From: Dehalococcoidia bacterium
GTDB lineage: Bacteria; Chloroflexota; Dehalococcoidia; UBA2979
DNA: 55,684 bases
Reading direction: 5' to 3'
Assembly: GCA_050486345.1 (NCBI GenBank)
Contig: JBJHDC010000002.1
Coordinates: 889-56,572 of the forward strand
Every line of letters begins with the position of its first letter. Within the stretch, counting starts at the first letter, position 1. Under the pieces are notes generated by a model. That model worked only from the letters and a program-made list of their open reading frames with translations, did no database searches and was not told the DNA's origin. Of this stretch, positions 26,501 to 35,097 are shown in pieces. A program made the position numbers and the translations under genes.

Positions 26501-26835
26501 CCACGCGCATGGGTCCGGCGATCCGCCACACCGTGCACAAGCTCGATGAGTACGACGCGAAGGTGAAGATCCTGATCCTCGTCTCGGACGGGCGCCCGCA
26601 GGACCACGGCTACGGCCGCGACCGCACGGAGAAGGAATACGCCGTCCACGACACGAAGCAGGCCCTGAACGAGGCGAAGCGGAAGGGCATCACGCCGTTC
26701 CTCATCACCGTCGACAAGGAGGGCCACGACTACCTCAAGCAGATGTGCGACGACATCGGCTACGAGGTGGTGGACGACATCGAATCCCTCCCCCGCCGAC
26801 TCCCCACACTCTACCGCCACCTGGCGATGGATTAG
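23524..26835 (+). CDS. large CbbO/NorD-like protein with C-terminal VWA domain
   Basis: 1103 aa. The C-terminal VWA domain has the MIDAS motif D-M-S-A-S (LLDMSAST) and ILILVSDGRPQD. There is an acidic low-complexity linker and an N-terminal array of about 8 helical repeats. The start may instead be the ATG at 23530 (GGGAG upstream). Confidence 0.8.
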   Translation: MAMTLASDIYERYVADLRGFGAALPDEFSTALGALESQLDAEQLDAWAQAGVQLANHSLRSWEASAEYFRASPEAIGRMGAEHAPHWAEVALRLSEQSSLMAAAFLKATPEVLHYLRANELDAWAAQGERLCRGNWKSIALAVLFYQVSPSLLGSMPLPAVSRFVDVIDQLTERSYELATACLENAGPVFAGLSEADRDPFLRFARAVTGASWADTRLYFERGPRLIEPIHRDQRARFLDLAAGVTAEVGRQGFPLFADTAQALAEMPVESHAELIGFASMLAKGSPVAAMEYLKTAPFVASRLTPEQMERWATIGSELMTIERNPEGAEAYFRLESSRSEEMLQALSARVELGAINSMLRMYAKALTGEQVSIQSAEELVDRGIGWVTESTPTTEGSAIYLPSFVDTFEEQHANFQVYKVYTTHQAGRIEFGSFDYQWGIDGAHTPSTVEDREAGAIERIRARAAAKAAEAGEDERPRVEAITAVQRFFNLFDDRQLIAGAFTIVEDTRVDAYVSREYGGIRRWLRQLQEYEGDRRPAVEEMPLRRAFVENLLRASLGRPQAIRWPLAYRDEMARGLAALRVVEQPGATVQDSAEAAAAIYQIAAAIPNIKATPDGKLDFEPADDQLMNVQPGMPSSGDGDTPGAMPNMEDMEFENPPQPDFRGEFKPELVQLLAKLKNQQEGSPEGANAPLTKEQLMELLENSVEISINEWAEGDLADSLGMFLENLEQQAGTPSGDPNDDQDGAGDPESDSGGGSGEDDSLPPEIHYFLYDEWDFRAGDYRPRWARVGERFSEEADNDFYDETLRKYHGLVLETRRQFELMRPESFRKLKRLEDGDELDLDLAIEFYVDKRAGAGPQARIYNRRNKIERDVAVAFLLDMSASTDEEIEKQRQKYDSNDDDFDGDPRKYFQWLAARRAKAMIEPPKRIIDLEKESSVLIVEALEAIGDSYGIFGFSGYGRENVEFHVIKDLDEPFSNKVQRRIGKIEPIRSTRMGPAIRHTVHKLDEYDAKVKILILVSDGRPQDHGYGRDRTEKEYAVHDTKQALNEAKRKGITPFLITVDKEGHDYLKQMCDDIGYEVVDDIESLPRRLPTLYRHLAMD

Positions 26836-26890
26836 GTAGGGGCGGTCTCAGCCACGCCCGCTATCGAACGTGCCAACGTTCTTCCTTCGT

Positions 26891-26989
26891 CCGTTCGTCC
26901 TGAGCTTGTCGAAGCATGTTCCGGAGACGCTACGTCCGAGGAATGCGCGAGTCTTTCAGAACGCACTTTGACAGGCTCAGCACGAACGG
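26891..26989. repeat. REP/MITE-like palindromic element (PELVEG/SLSKD type)
   Basis: Arms CCGTTCGTCCTGAGCTTGTCGAAG (26891-26914) and CTTTGACAGGCTCAGCACGAACGG (26966-26989) are reverse complements at 21/24 positions, separated by 51 nt. The left arm recurs at 7255-7278. Confidence 0.65.
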
Positions 26990-27049
26990 AAGCCGCATAC
27001 TACCCACGTTGGAATTGGTAGCGACGTGTCACCCCTCGGAGGTTACGTA

Positions 27050-27352
27050 ATGAGTGAAGGGTCAGCAGAGCCGCCAGCATCTCTGGCGCGCGTGGAGATC
27101 ACCTACTGCACACAGTGCGGCTGGCTGCCTCGCGCGACGTGGATGGCGCAGGAGCTCCTCACCACCTTCTCGACCGACCTCGCCGAGGTCGCCCTCCGTC
27201 CCGGCCGCGGCGGCATCTTCGAGGTGCGCCTGGACGGCGAGCTGCTGTTCTCGCGCAAAGAGGCGGGCCGCCATGCCGAGCCCCCGGAGCTGAAGCAGGC
27301 CATCCGCGATCGCATCGATCCTGAGCGCAGCCTGGGGCATAGCGACCGGTAG
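27050..27352 (+). CDS. SelT/SelW/SelH (Rdx) family thioredoxin-like protein, Cys form
   Basis: ATG at 27050 after CGGAGG. VEITYCTQCGWLPRA CxxC motif and FEV..DGELLFSRKE, typical of the Rdx family. Both redox residues are TGC Cys codons. Confidence 0.75.
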   Translation: MSEGSAEPPASLARVEITYCTQCGWLPRATWMAQELLTTFSTDLAEVALRPGRGGIFEVRLDGELLFSRKEAGRHAEPPELKQAIRDRIDPERSLGHSDR

Positions 27353-27437
27353 TGTGATAGCCGGAGATCCGCCTTCTTCTTTCCCACTGAATCGTGGAAG
27401 TGAAGTAGTTCAAGTTCCACGGGGGCGCCTGTGCGCT

Positions 27438-28865
27438 CTACTCGGCTGAGTCGGTCTCCAGCAGCGCCGGGCGCCGGTCGGTGAGCGGGCATGCTTCCTG
27501 GTATGCGTGAGCTGCACGGAGCACGAGGTCGTCGCGGTATTTCGGGCCGATGATCTGGAGCCCGATCGGCAGGCCGGACTTCGTGAATCCACACGGGACG
27601 GTGATGGCTGGCTGCTGCGTGAGATTGAACGGGTAACAGAACGGGGTCCACTGCTCCCAGCGTTCTGCGGGCACGCCTTCTGGCTCGTTCCGCCCGGCCT
27701 CGAACGCCGGGATGGGGAGCGTGGGGCTGACGAGCAGGTCATACCGCTCGTGGAAGGCATTCATCAACGTGCCGAGTTCGCGTCGCGCGAGCATCGCCCC
27801 CACATACTCCACTGCCGGGATCTGGCGCCCGGCCTCGATGACTCGCTGGATGCCAGGGTCCATCTGCTCCAGCTGGGCGGCCGAGTAGGCTTCGGCGAGA
27901 CGAGCGGCGCCTGCGTACCACAGCGGCGTGAGGTATTCGATCGGGTCACCAAACCCGGGATCAGTCTCCTCCACGGAGGCGCCGAGCTCCTCGAAGACCC
28001 CGACGGCGGTACGCACTGCGGCTGCGACCTCAGGGTCGACGTCGACGTATCCGAGCGTGGGACTGAACGCGATGCGCAGGCCAGCCACGCCCGCGCCGAT
28101 CTCATCGAGGTAGGTTGGTGGAACGTGCGGCAGCGCGGTCCAGTCGCGCGCATCGGGCTCACTGAGGGCGGTGAGCATCAGCGCAGTGTCGAGGACCGTT
28201 CGCGTCATCGGGCCGGAGTGCGCCAGCGTGTCGAAGGGGCTCGCAGGCCAGTGAGGCACACGACCGTACGTCGGCTTGAGCCCGACGATGCCGCAGAATG
28301 AGGATGGGATGCGGATGGAGCCGGCGCCGTCCGTGCCGATCGCAAGTGTCCCCATCCCCAGTGGCAGCGCCGCACCGCTCCCACCGCTCGAGCCGCCCGA
28401 GGTCTTCGTCGTGTCCCATGGGTTTCGCGTAATGCCGGTCAGCGGCGAATCCGTGACGCCCTTCCAGCCGAACTCCGGCGTCGTCGTCTTACCCGTGAGA
28501 ATCGCTCCGTGGCGACGCAACGAGGCAACCGCTGGTGCGTCATCGGTCCACGGTTGATCCGCATCGATGAGCGTCGACCCACGAAGTGTGGGCCAGCCCT
28601 GGGTGAGGAAGACGTCCTTGATGGCGACGGTGATGCCATCCAGCAGGCCGGTCACCTGTCCGCTGACGTACCGCTGCTCTGAACGGCGTGCCTCCGCCAT
28701 CGCTCCCTCGGCGTCCACGAGGCAGTAGGCGTTGACGTCTGAGTTGTAGCGTTCGATGGCATCGAGAACAGCCCGCGTTGATTCCACCGGGGAGACCTCG
28801 CTCCGACGAAACATCTCCAGCAGCCTCGAGGCAGGGAAGAGAGCCAGTTCATCGACTGCGGTCAT
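27438..28865 (-). CDS. amidase (amidase-signature family)
   Basis: AS signature GGSSGGSGAA. ATG at 28865 (MTAVDEL...) after GAAGGGAAA. The track ORF extends to 29228 through Arg/Pro-rich junk. Confidence 0.85.
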   Translation of the reverse strand: MTAVDELALFPASRLLEMFRRSEVSPVESTRAVLDAIERYNSDVNAYCLVDAEGAMAEARRSEQRYVSGQVTGLLDGITVAIKDVFLTQGWPTLRGSTLIDADQPWTDDAPAVASLRRHGAILTGKTTTPEFGWKGVTDSPLTGITRNPWDTTKTSGGSSGGSGAALPLGMGTLAIGTDGAGSIRIPSSFCGIVGLKPTYGRVPHWPASPFDTLAHSGPMTRTVLDTALMLTALSEPDARDWTALPHVPPTYLDEIGAGVAGLRIAFSPTLGYVDVDPEVAAAVRTAVGVFEELGASVEETDPGFGDPIEYLTPLWYAGAARLAEAYSAAQLEQMDPGIQRVIEAGRQIPAVEYVGAMLARRELGTLMNAFHERYDLLVSPTLPIPAFEAGRNEPEGVPAERWEQWTPFCYPFNLTQQPAITVPCGFTKSGLPIGLQIIGPKYRDDLVLRAAHAYQEACPLTDRRPALLETDSAE

Positions 28866-29008
28866 GGACGTTTCCCTTCGAGGTGCCCGATTCGTCGCGC
28901 GGACCAGCCGGGTGGTCGCGGATTGGAGTTTTCCGTTGTTACTGTTCGCCCACCGTCCGAGGTTACTCGCGACGGGCATCTGCTGGCGCGACGCACGCCG
29001 GCGTTCCC

Positions 29009-29536
29009 CTACCGCCCCCGCATCTCCACGATGACCGCAGCGAAGAGCGGCTCGCAGTTGTGCGTGGTCGATCCGGGCGGAAGCTCCGTGAGGATGCGGG
29101 AGAGGATGCCGGAGACGGGGATGGCGACCCGTTCCGTCTCGTTGAGATGACGCCACGTGCGCTCGGCCAGCTCCGTCAGCGCCGCGCGGTCCTCGTTGCA
29201 GCGGGGTTCGAGGTTGTCCATCAGCCACGCGATCTGACCCGCGTGCTCCCCGGCGAGGCTGGCGAGGGCGATGGCAGCATCATCCGGCGTGACGTCCTCG
29301 AACTCCGGTGTGCCGGAGGTGCCGGGTGTGGAGACGGGTGACGAGGTCCCTTGCGGAGTGGCGGTGCTGGCCGGGGTGGTCGGCGTCGCCGTGGCCGTTG
29401 CGCCGGGTGTGCGGGTGTTGATGCCGCCGCCGGGCGTGCTAGCGGGGCTTTCGTCCCCGCCACACGCAGCGAAGAGTGCTGTGAGGGCAGCGATCGAGGT
29501 CGCAACGACCATCCGCGGCGCGGCGGAGTACCTCAC
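29009..29536 (-). CDS. putative lipoprotein with Thr/Pro-rich linker, unknown function
   Basis: Signal plus lipobox LTALFAACGG, a T/P-rich linker, and a roughly 100-aa C-terminal domain with two Cys. ATGA overlap with the cinA stop. Confidence 0.5.
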   Translation of the reverse strand: MRYSAAPRMVVATSIAALTALFAACGGDESPASTPGGGINTRTPGATATATPTTPASTATPQGTSSPVSTPGTSGTPEFEDVTPDDAAIALASLAGEHAGQIAWLMDNLEPRCNEDRAALTELAERTWRHLNETERVAIPVSGILSRILTELPPGSTTHNCEPLFAAVIVEMRGR

Positions 29537-30777
29537 CGCACGTGTCCCTGCGCCCGCGCCATCAGGTGGCGGCGCAGGAGGGTGAGCGCCTGCAGCACCG
29601 CCCGACGCTTGGCTGCCTCGCGTCCCTGGTAGTACCGCGAGTGGACGTATTCGACACCGTCCGCGTCAGCCAGCGCGATGTGCATGGTGCCGGGGGGTTG
29701 GCCTTCGACCTCGTTGCTCCCAGCGATGCCCGTGATGCCAATGCCGATATCGGCGCGCAGGGCGGCGCGGGCGGCCTGCGCCATCGCCTCCGCGGTTTCC
29801 TGCGAGATCACGCCGTGGATAGTGGGGATCTCAGCGGGGACGCCGTTGGCAATCTTCGCCTCGGTCGCGTAGGTGACTAGTGAGCCCTTGAAGTAATCGG
29901 ATGCCCCCTCGACATCCGTGAGCGCGCTGGCGATGGCGCCGCCGGTGGCGCTCTCCATGAGGGCGAGCGTGAGGCCCTGCTCGCGCAGCATGTTGCCGAC
30001 GGCCGCTGACAGCGTGTCGTCGTCCACACCCCAGATGGCGGGGCCGAGGATCGCGCGGGCCTCCTCCTCCACGGGGATGATCAGACGCCATGCCTCCTCG
30101 CGCGTCGCAGCCTTCGCGGCGATGCGGGCGTGCACGCCATCCTGCCGCGCGTAGATGCCGATCGAAGGGTTAGTGCCCTTCAGCAGCGGCGAGAGCATCT
30201 CGTCCACGGTGCCCTCGCCGATGCCGGTGGTCTTGAGGGTGCGGCTGACGAGGATCGAGTCGGCGCGGCGCTCCAGTTCCGGGGCGACCTCGTGGTCCCA
30301 CATGCGGGTCATCTCCGCGGGCGGGCCGGGCATCACCACGATGATGTGCCCGTCGCGTTCCACCCACCAGCCGGGTGCGGTGCCCCGGGGGTTGGCGAGG
30401 AAGCGGCTGCTGGGGATGCGCATCGCCTGCTTCACGTTGCGCTCCGGCATCGGCACGCTGCGGCCGGCGAAGAAGTTCTCCAGGATCTGCACCTGCTCCT
30501 CGTCCACCTCCTGCTCTTCGCCGAGCACCTCTGCGATCAGTTCGCGGGTGAGGTCATCCTCGGTAGGGCCGAGGCCGCCGGTGGTGAAGGTGATGTCGGA
30601 GCGCTGCCACGCGCGCTCGATCACCTCGCGGAGGCGGCCGGGGTTGTCGCCGACCTGAGAGACGTGGAGCAGGTCCACGCCGTACTCCGGCAGCGCGCGT
30701 GCGATGTGAGCCGCGTTCGTGTCCACGATCTCGCCCAGCAGAATCTCGGTCCCGATCGAGATGATCTCCGCGCGCAT
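29533..30777 (-). CDS. cinA: competence/damage-inducible protein CinA (MoCF-binding domain plus nicotinamide-nucleotide amidase domain)
   Basis: ATG at 30777 (MRAEIISIGTEILLGEIVDTN...), the canonical CinA start. C-terminal PncC-like domain (ESATGG). The track start at 31002 is rejected. Confidence 0.85.
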   Translation of the reverse strand: MRAEIISIGTEILLGEIVDTNAAHIARALPEYGVDLLHVSQVGDNPGRLREVIERAWQRSDITFTTGGLGPTEDDLTRELIAEVLGEEQEVDEEQVQILENFFAGRSVPMPERNVKQAMRIPSSRFLANPRGTAPGWWVERDGHIIVVMPGPPAEMTRMWDHEVAPELERRADSILVSRTLKTTGIGEGTVDEMLSPLLKGTNPSIGIYARQDGVHARIAAKAATREEAWRLIIPVEEEARAILGPAIWGVDDDTLSAAVGNMLREQGLTLALMESATGGAIASALTDVEGASDYFKGSLVTYATEAKIANGVPAEIPTIHGVISQETAEAMAQAARAALRADIGIGITGIAGSNEVEGQPPGTMHIALADADGVEYVHSRYYQGREAAKRRAVLQALTLLRRHLMARAQGHVR

Positions 30778-30866
30778 GCAGCCTCCTCCGGCGAGTGCTT
30801 GTGTGATGCGAGCGAAGGATAGCGCAGACGCCGAGTGGATCGGCTCTCCGCGGTGAAATCGGGTAC

Positions 30867-31799
30867 CTACGAGGTCGCAGTCTCGACGAGGGGCCATACC
30901 CGCTCGCGCACGATCTCGAGTTGTTGTGCCTCGTCGCGGATCGGCCACAGGAAGATACGCTGCGCGCCGTGTGCGGCGTACGCGTTCACGATGTTGGCGC
31001 AATGCTCCGGGGTACCGACCATCAGTTGTGCGCGGAGCGGGTCAACGGGCCGGCTGAGCATTGGCGCCAGGATGTCCGCGAGCACGCGATCGGCCTCGGT
31101 CTGGTCGTCAGTCACGTAGGTCCACATGGTGGCGATGCCGTTAGGAACGGAGTCTGCGCTGCGGCCCTGGTGATCGAGGGTGTCGCGCAGATCATGCCAT
31201 GCCCGGCCGAACGCTTCCGGTGTGGTGTTGTAGCCGGAGGCAAGCCAGCCATCGGCAAGACGTGCGACCCGCTTGAGCCCCGCGGCAGATCCCCAGCTAC
31301 CAACCCAGATCGGAGGCGGCTGCTGCACCGGCAACGGCTCAAGGCGCTCCCCACCGGTGTCATAGTACGGCCCCACGTATTGCTCGCCCGTCCATGCCGC
31401 ACGCAGGGCGGGGACCATGTCATCGAGGCGCTTCCAGCGTTCATCGAAGTCGAGTCCGACCAGGTGGTGGTCGCGAGCCGAAGAGCCGGGACCGATGCCC
31501 ACCGTGAGCCGCCCCTCGGCGAGGCGGTCGATGGCGGCGAAGGTCTTGGCAGTCGCAGCGAGCCCGCGGACGACGGGCAGCGCGACTGTGGTCATCAGGC
31601 GCATGTGCGAGGTTGAGGTGAGCACGGCAGCGAGCGCGGTAGGGCCGTCCAGCCACGGCCTCGAGAAGATCAAGTGATCGTTCGCGCACAGATGCGTGAA
31701 GCCCAGGCGCTCGGCTGTTTCCGCATACGCGGTGAGATCCGCGAGTGTCCGTTGTTCGCTCGCGAATGAGATCAGAGGGAGGTGGGCGCCGAATTCCAT
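30867..31799 (-). CDS. luciferase-like monooxygenase (LLM-class, probably F420-dependent) oxidoreductase
   Basis: ATG at 31799 (MEFGAHLP...). Typical LLM TIM-barrel layout (GF..LCANDHL, GIGPGS). The track start at 32249 is rejected. Confidence 0.7.
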   Translation of the reverse strand: MEFGAHLPLISFASEQRTLADLTAYAETAERLGFTHLCANDHLIFSRPWLDGPTALAAVLTSTSHMRLMTTVALPVVRGLAATAKTFAAIDRLAEGRLTVGIGPGSSARDHHLVGLDFDERWKRLDDMVPALRAAWTGEQYVGPYYDTGGERLEPLPVQQPPPIWVGSWGSAAGLKRVARLADGWLASGYNTTPEAFGRAWHDLRDTLDHQGRSADSVPNGIATMWTYVTDDQTEADRVLADILAPMLSRPVDPLRAQLMVGTPEHCANIVNAYAAHGAQRIFLWPIRDEAQQLEIVRERVWPLVETATS

Positions 31800-31875
31800 G
31801 TACGGTTGCCTCTGTGCGCGCTGGCTACCAAGAGAATACGCGAACGCAGTTACATGGGATCTGCCCCGTCCAGAT

Positions 31876-33306
31876 CTAGATTCCGCTGGCCCGCGGCCAC
31901 TGCACGAGGATACGCGTGCCGTCGGAGTTCCAGTGGATCTGAGGCGCTTCGCCCCTAGGGGGGCGAATGTCGCTGACGAGCACGCGCTCGGCGCCGGATT
32001 CGAGGTCGTAGAGGATGATTTCCCAGCTCTCAGAGAAGGGCGGAGGGTAGGGGATGTCGTCGGCAGTCGTCCGCCGCGCCGCCGCCACTCGCGTGCGGTC
32101 CGGCGACCACTCTGCGCCGAATGTCTCCTCCAGGCAGTGTGGTTCATCGAGGTCCGGGTGATAGATCGCCGTGCCGCCGGGGCACGGCTCTGCTGGATCG
32201 CACTCGTCCTTGAGCTCGTTACAGCCCTCGAGAAGTGCAGCCGGCTCACCGTTCACTGCGGTGACGCCTCGCTCGTCCGGCCAGACGTAGGGCGGACGGC
32301 CGTACCAGATAGCTGTGACCTCACCGGTGGCGGCGTCCGCGATGCTGGTCGTGGGGCCGTATCTGTGCGGTTCGCCCGCAATCGCATGCGAGTAGACGAA
32401 TGCGCCAGTGGCATCGAACCGGGCGGGCCAGGGGAGATCGATCGATACGACATCACCGGTGCCGGGGAACTCGAGCAGGGTGTTGCCCTCCGAGTCCGGC
32501 ACGAGGAGTGCGTCCGCGGCCGGCGACCAGCGTGGCTGGTACCCCCGCTGCGTGCCCCAGCCCTCGGCGGGGATGCGCCGCGCGGTGCCGGTCTCCGCGT
32601 CTGCGATGAACACCTGGTCGCCGCCCGTCTCGCCGAACATCACGTACCGGCTCGTCGGTGACCACGCAGGCCCTGCGAAGCCATCGCAGCCGCCGCAGTG
32701 CCGGAGCTCATCGGTGAGCAGCGTCGTCTCACCCGTGGCGAGCTCGAGCAGCCACGCCGCGTACCCACCCTGCGGCCAGTCCGATTCCGGGACATCAATG
32801 TGGTAGAGCATCCGGCGTCCGTCCGGCGAGAACACGCCGCAGTGCACCGGGTACTCCTCCCCTTCAATCTCCGCCCGTGGCTCGTCACTCTCGATCGGGT
32901 GGCACTGGGGCTCCCCGCCTGTGTGATAGCCCTCGATCTCCTCGATGAGGGTGCCGTCCCCGGCGAAGTGCAGTGAGCGGTTCTCACCCGAGACCGCGAT
33001 CCAGAGCCCGCCGTCGTCCTCGAAGCCCAGGGTGAAGGGGAACGATTCACCCGTGTAGAGGGTACGCGTGTCACCCGCACTCAGGTCGAGGAGCAGGACA
33101 CCGTTCGGTTCGAGCGATGGCGTCGCGGTTGGCTCCGGCGTGGCAGTACCGGTTGGAGATGTCGTGGGTGCGGGTGTGGACGTTGCGGTCAGGGTCGGCG
33201 TGGCTGTTGCGGTGGCCTCGGGGGAGTCGTCTCCGTTGCAGGCGGCGACCAGTATGACCGGCAGGATTAGCGCGGTGACGATCCATCCGAAACGCGCTCG
33301 AGTCAT
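31876..33306 (-). CDS. secreted/lipoprotein beta-propeller protein (TolB-like PD40 repeats)
   Basis: ATG at 33306. Signal plus lipobox LVAACNG, a T/P-rich linker, and repeated FSPDG/WSPT/WSPA/WSPD motifs. Confidence 0.65.
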   Translation of the reverse strand: MTRARFGWIVTALILPVILVAACNGDDSPEATATATPTLTATSTPAPTTSPTGTATPEPTATPSLEPNGVLLLDLSAGDTRTLYTGESFPFTLGFEDDGGLWIAVSGENRSLHFAGDGTLIEEIEGYHTGGEPQCHPIESDEPRAEIEGEEYPVHCGVFSPDGRRMLYHIDVPESDWPQGGYAAWLLELATGETTLLTDELRHCGGCDGFAGPAWSPTSRYVMFGETGGDQVFIADAETGTARRIPAEGWGTQRGYQPRWSPAADALLVPDSEGNTLLEFPGTGDVVSIDLPWPARFDATGAFVYSHAIAGEPHRYGPTTSIADAATGEVTAIWYGRPPYVWPDERGVTAVNGEPAALLEGCNELKDECDPAEPCPGGTAIYHPDLDEPHCLEETFGAEWSPDRTRVAAARRTTADDIPYPPPFSESWEIILYDLESGAERVLVSDIRPPRGEAPQIHWNSDGTRILVQWPRASGI

Positions 33307-33426
33307 GAAATGAGTGTAGACCTCACGCGTTCTGCCGGGGGCGCGGCCTCGGGTTGGTGAGGTACCCATGTAGCAGGTGACGGCGCGTCACGCAGTGCCA
33401 CTGACCGGTTGCATGCATAAGAACGT

Positions 33427-34395
33427 ATGTTCCATGCTCAAAACCATACAGTCTGCGAGCCGAGGTGCGATATGGACGGTGTCGAGTTTCGCGCAGTCAC
33501 TTGCCAGGGCGCGCTCAACCGCGTGAGCGGGATGCCGTTTGGCTGGTCTCTGAACCCGTATCGAGGCTGCGCACATGACTGTCAGTACTGCTACGCGCGC
33601 GGGACGCACCAGTTCCTCAACCTCAACGGCAGCACGCAGTTCTCGCGCGTGATCCTCGTGAAGACGAACGTCGCCGAGGTGCTGGCGCGTGAGCTTGCGC
33701 GGCCTCGGTGGCGGCGTGAGGAGGTGGCGGTGGGGACGGCCACGGACCCCTACCAGCCGATCGAGGGCCAGCGCCGCCTCACCCGTCGTTGCCTGGAGGT
33801 CTTCGCGCGCTATCGCACGCCGGTCTCGCTGGTGACGAAGGGGCCGATGGTCGTGCGGGACCTGGATGTGTTGCAGGAACTGACTGAGCGTGCCGGCGTG
33901 ACCATCTGTGTCAGCGTGCCGACGGTGGACGAGGAGACGTGGCGTCGCGCGGAGCCGGGCACGGCGCCGCCGTGGCAACGTCTGCGCATCCTGCGGCGGC
34001 TGGTGGATGCGGGCGTGCACGCCGGCGTGTTCATGGCCCCGCTGCTCCCGGGCCTCTCTGCGGACCGCGAGCAGATCGAGCGCACGATGCACGCCGCCGC
34101 CGATCACGGCGCGCAATTCATCGGTCATGGACTGCTGCACCTGGGACCCGAGGTGCGCGATCACTACGTCGGATTCCTGGAGCGGGAGTATCCCGAGTTA
34201 CTGGCCGGGTACGAACGCCTCTACGGGAAGGGCGTGCAGCGTAAGTACGCGGTGCGCAAGTACAGCGAAGCCGTGGCGCTGCGCGTCGACGAGGCCAGGC
34301 GCGCGCGAGGGTACGACGACCATGAGCACCATCGTGAGGTGCGGTATTCCCCGTTCGACCGCCAGCTGGAGCTACCGTTGATCGCTGCCGGATGA
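33427..34395 (+). CDS. radical SAM protein (SplB/COG1533-like)
   Basis: CAHDCQYC CxxxCxxC motif close to the N-terminus. Collinear with the photolyase-like radical SAM group. The start could be the ATG at 33472. Confidence 0.8.
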   Translation: MFHAQNHTVCEPRCDMDGVEFRAVTCQGALNRVSGMPFGWSLNPYRGCAHDCQYCYARGTHQFLNLNGSTQFSRVILVKTNVAEVLARELARPRWRREEVAVGTATDPYQPIEGQRRLTRRCLEVFARYRTPVSLVTKGPMVVRDLDVLQELTERAGVTICVSVPTVDEETWRRAEPGTAPPWQRLRILRRLVDAGVHAGVFMAPLLPGLSADREQIERTMHAAADHGAQFIGHGLLHLGPEVRDHYVGFLEREYPELLAGYERLYGKGVQRKYAVRKYSEAVALRVDEARRARGYDDHEHHREVRYSPFDRQLELPLIAAG

Positions 34396-34423
34396 CCGTG
34401 CCCGAGGCGCCCGCGTCAGCCGC

Positions 34424-34900
34424 CTATCCGAGCGACTCCCGGATTCGCTGTACACCCTCGATGGCGCGGGCGAGGTGGGCGCGCGCGTGATCGAGGGCCG
34501 GCGCGGGAGCTCCGCCGAGCGCCACGGGACGATCGAGTTGCGCGGCATGCTGCTCAAGCGCGCGCGCAGTGTCGTCGCCCAGTGCCTGGAGGTCTTCCCG
34601 CAGCGGGGTGAGCCGCAGCTCGTGGGTGACGTGCATGTGCTCGCCGTGCAGGCGGCGCAGCGCGGCGGGGTGGGTGGCGAGGACGAGTGGCTCGTCGCCT
34701 GGCACCTGCCGCAGCTCGTCGATGACTGATAGCAGCACCCGGTCAGCCGCTGCGAGGTAGGCAAGCTCGTGCTTCACGGTCCAGCCTTCGCGTTCGGTCG
34801 GCCGAAACACGCGTGTTTCGGAGAGTTCCGCGACGGCTTCGAGGAGCTCGCGGCGAGCCTTCAGGAGCTGAGTGGCGATTTCGGCGGGCGACTCGGACAC
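34424..34900 (-). CDS. DinB-like four-helix-bundle protein (tentative)
   Basis: GTG at 34900 after GAGGT. Helical, with conserved His spacing (WTVKHELAYL...HGEHMHVTHE). Weak family call. Confidence 0.4.
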   Translation of the reverse strand: MSESPAEIATQLLKARRELLEAVAELSETRVFRPTEREGWTVKHELAYLAAADRVLLSVIDELRQVPGDEPLVLATHPAALRRLHGEHMHVTHELRLTPLREDLQALGDDTARALEQHAAQLDRPVALGGAPAPALDHARAHLARAIEGVQRIRESLG

Positions 34901-35097
34901 GGGTGAACCTCGTACGATGATCGTGTGTGCCAGCACCGCCAGATAGCCACAACGCCATCCCGGTCGGTGTACGGGCACCAGTGTAGGCGCACAGCTGGTT
35001 GACCGCCGGGCATGCGACATCCGGTGGTCTGCTATGGTCCGCCCACGTCAGAACACGGCGCGCTGCCGGGGCGGTGCGCGACGAATCGGGGGGCTGC

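Noticed and set aside
27050-27352. A possible selenoprotein (the Rdx/SelW family often has CxxU).
   Set aside because: The redox motif is C-T-Q-C, with both residues encoded by TGC. There is no in-frame TGA and no SECIS-like hairpin immediately downstream of the motif.
33377-33391. The palindrome GTGACG-GCG-CGTCAC in the divergent spacer upstream of the radical SAM gene, as a possible operator.
   Set aside because: It is a single short GC-rich palindrome with no second copy in the window and no adjacent regulator gene. Chance occurrence is plausible at this G+C content.
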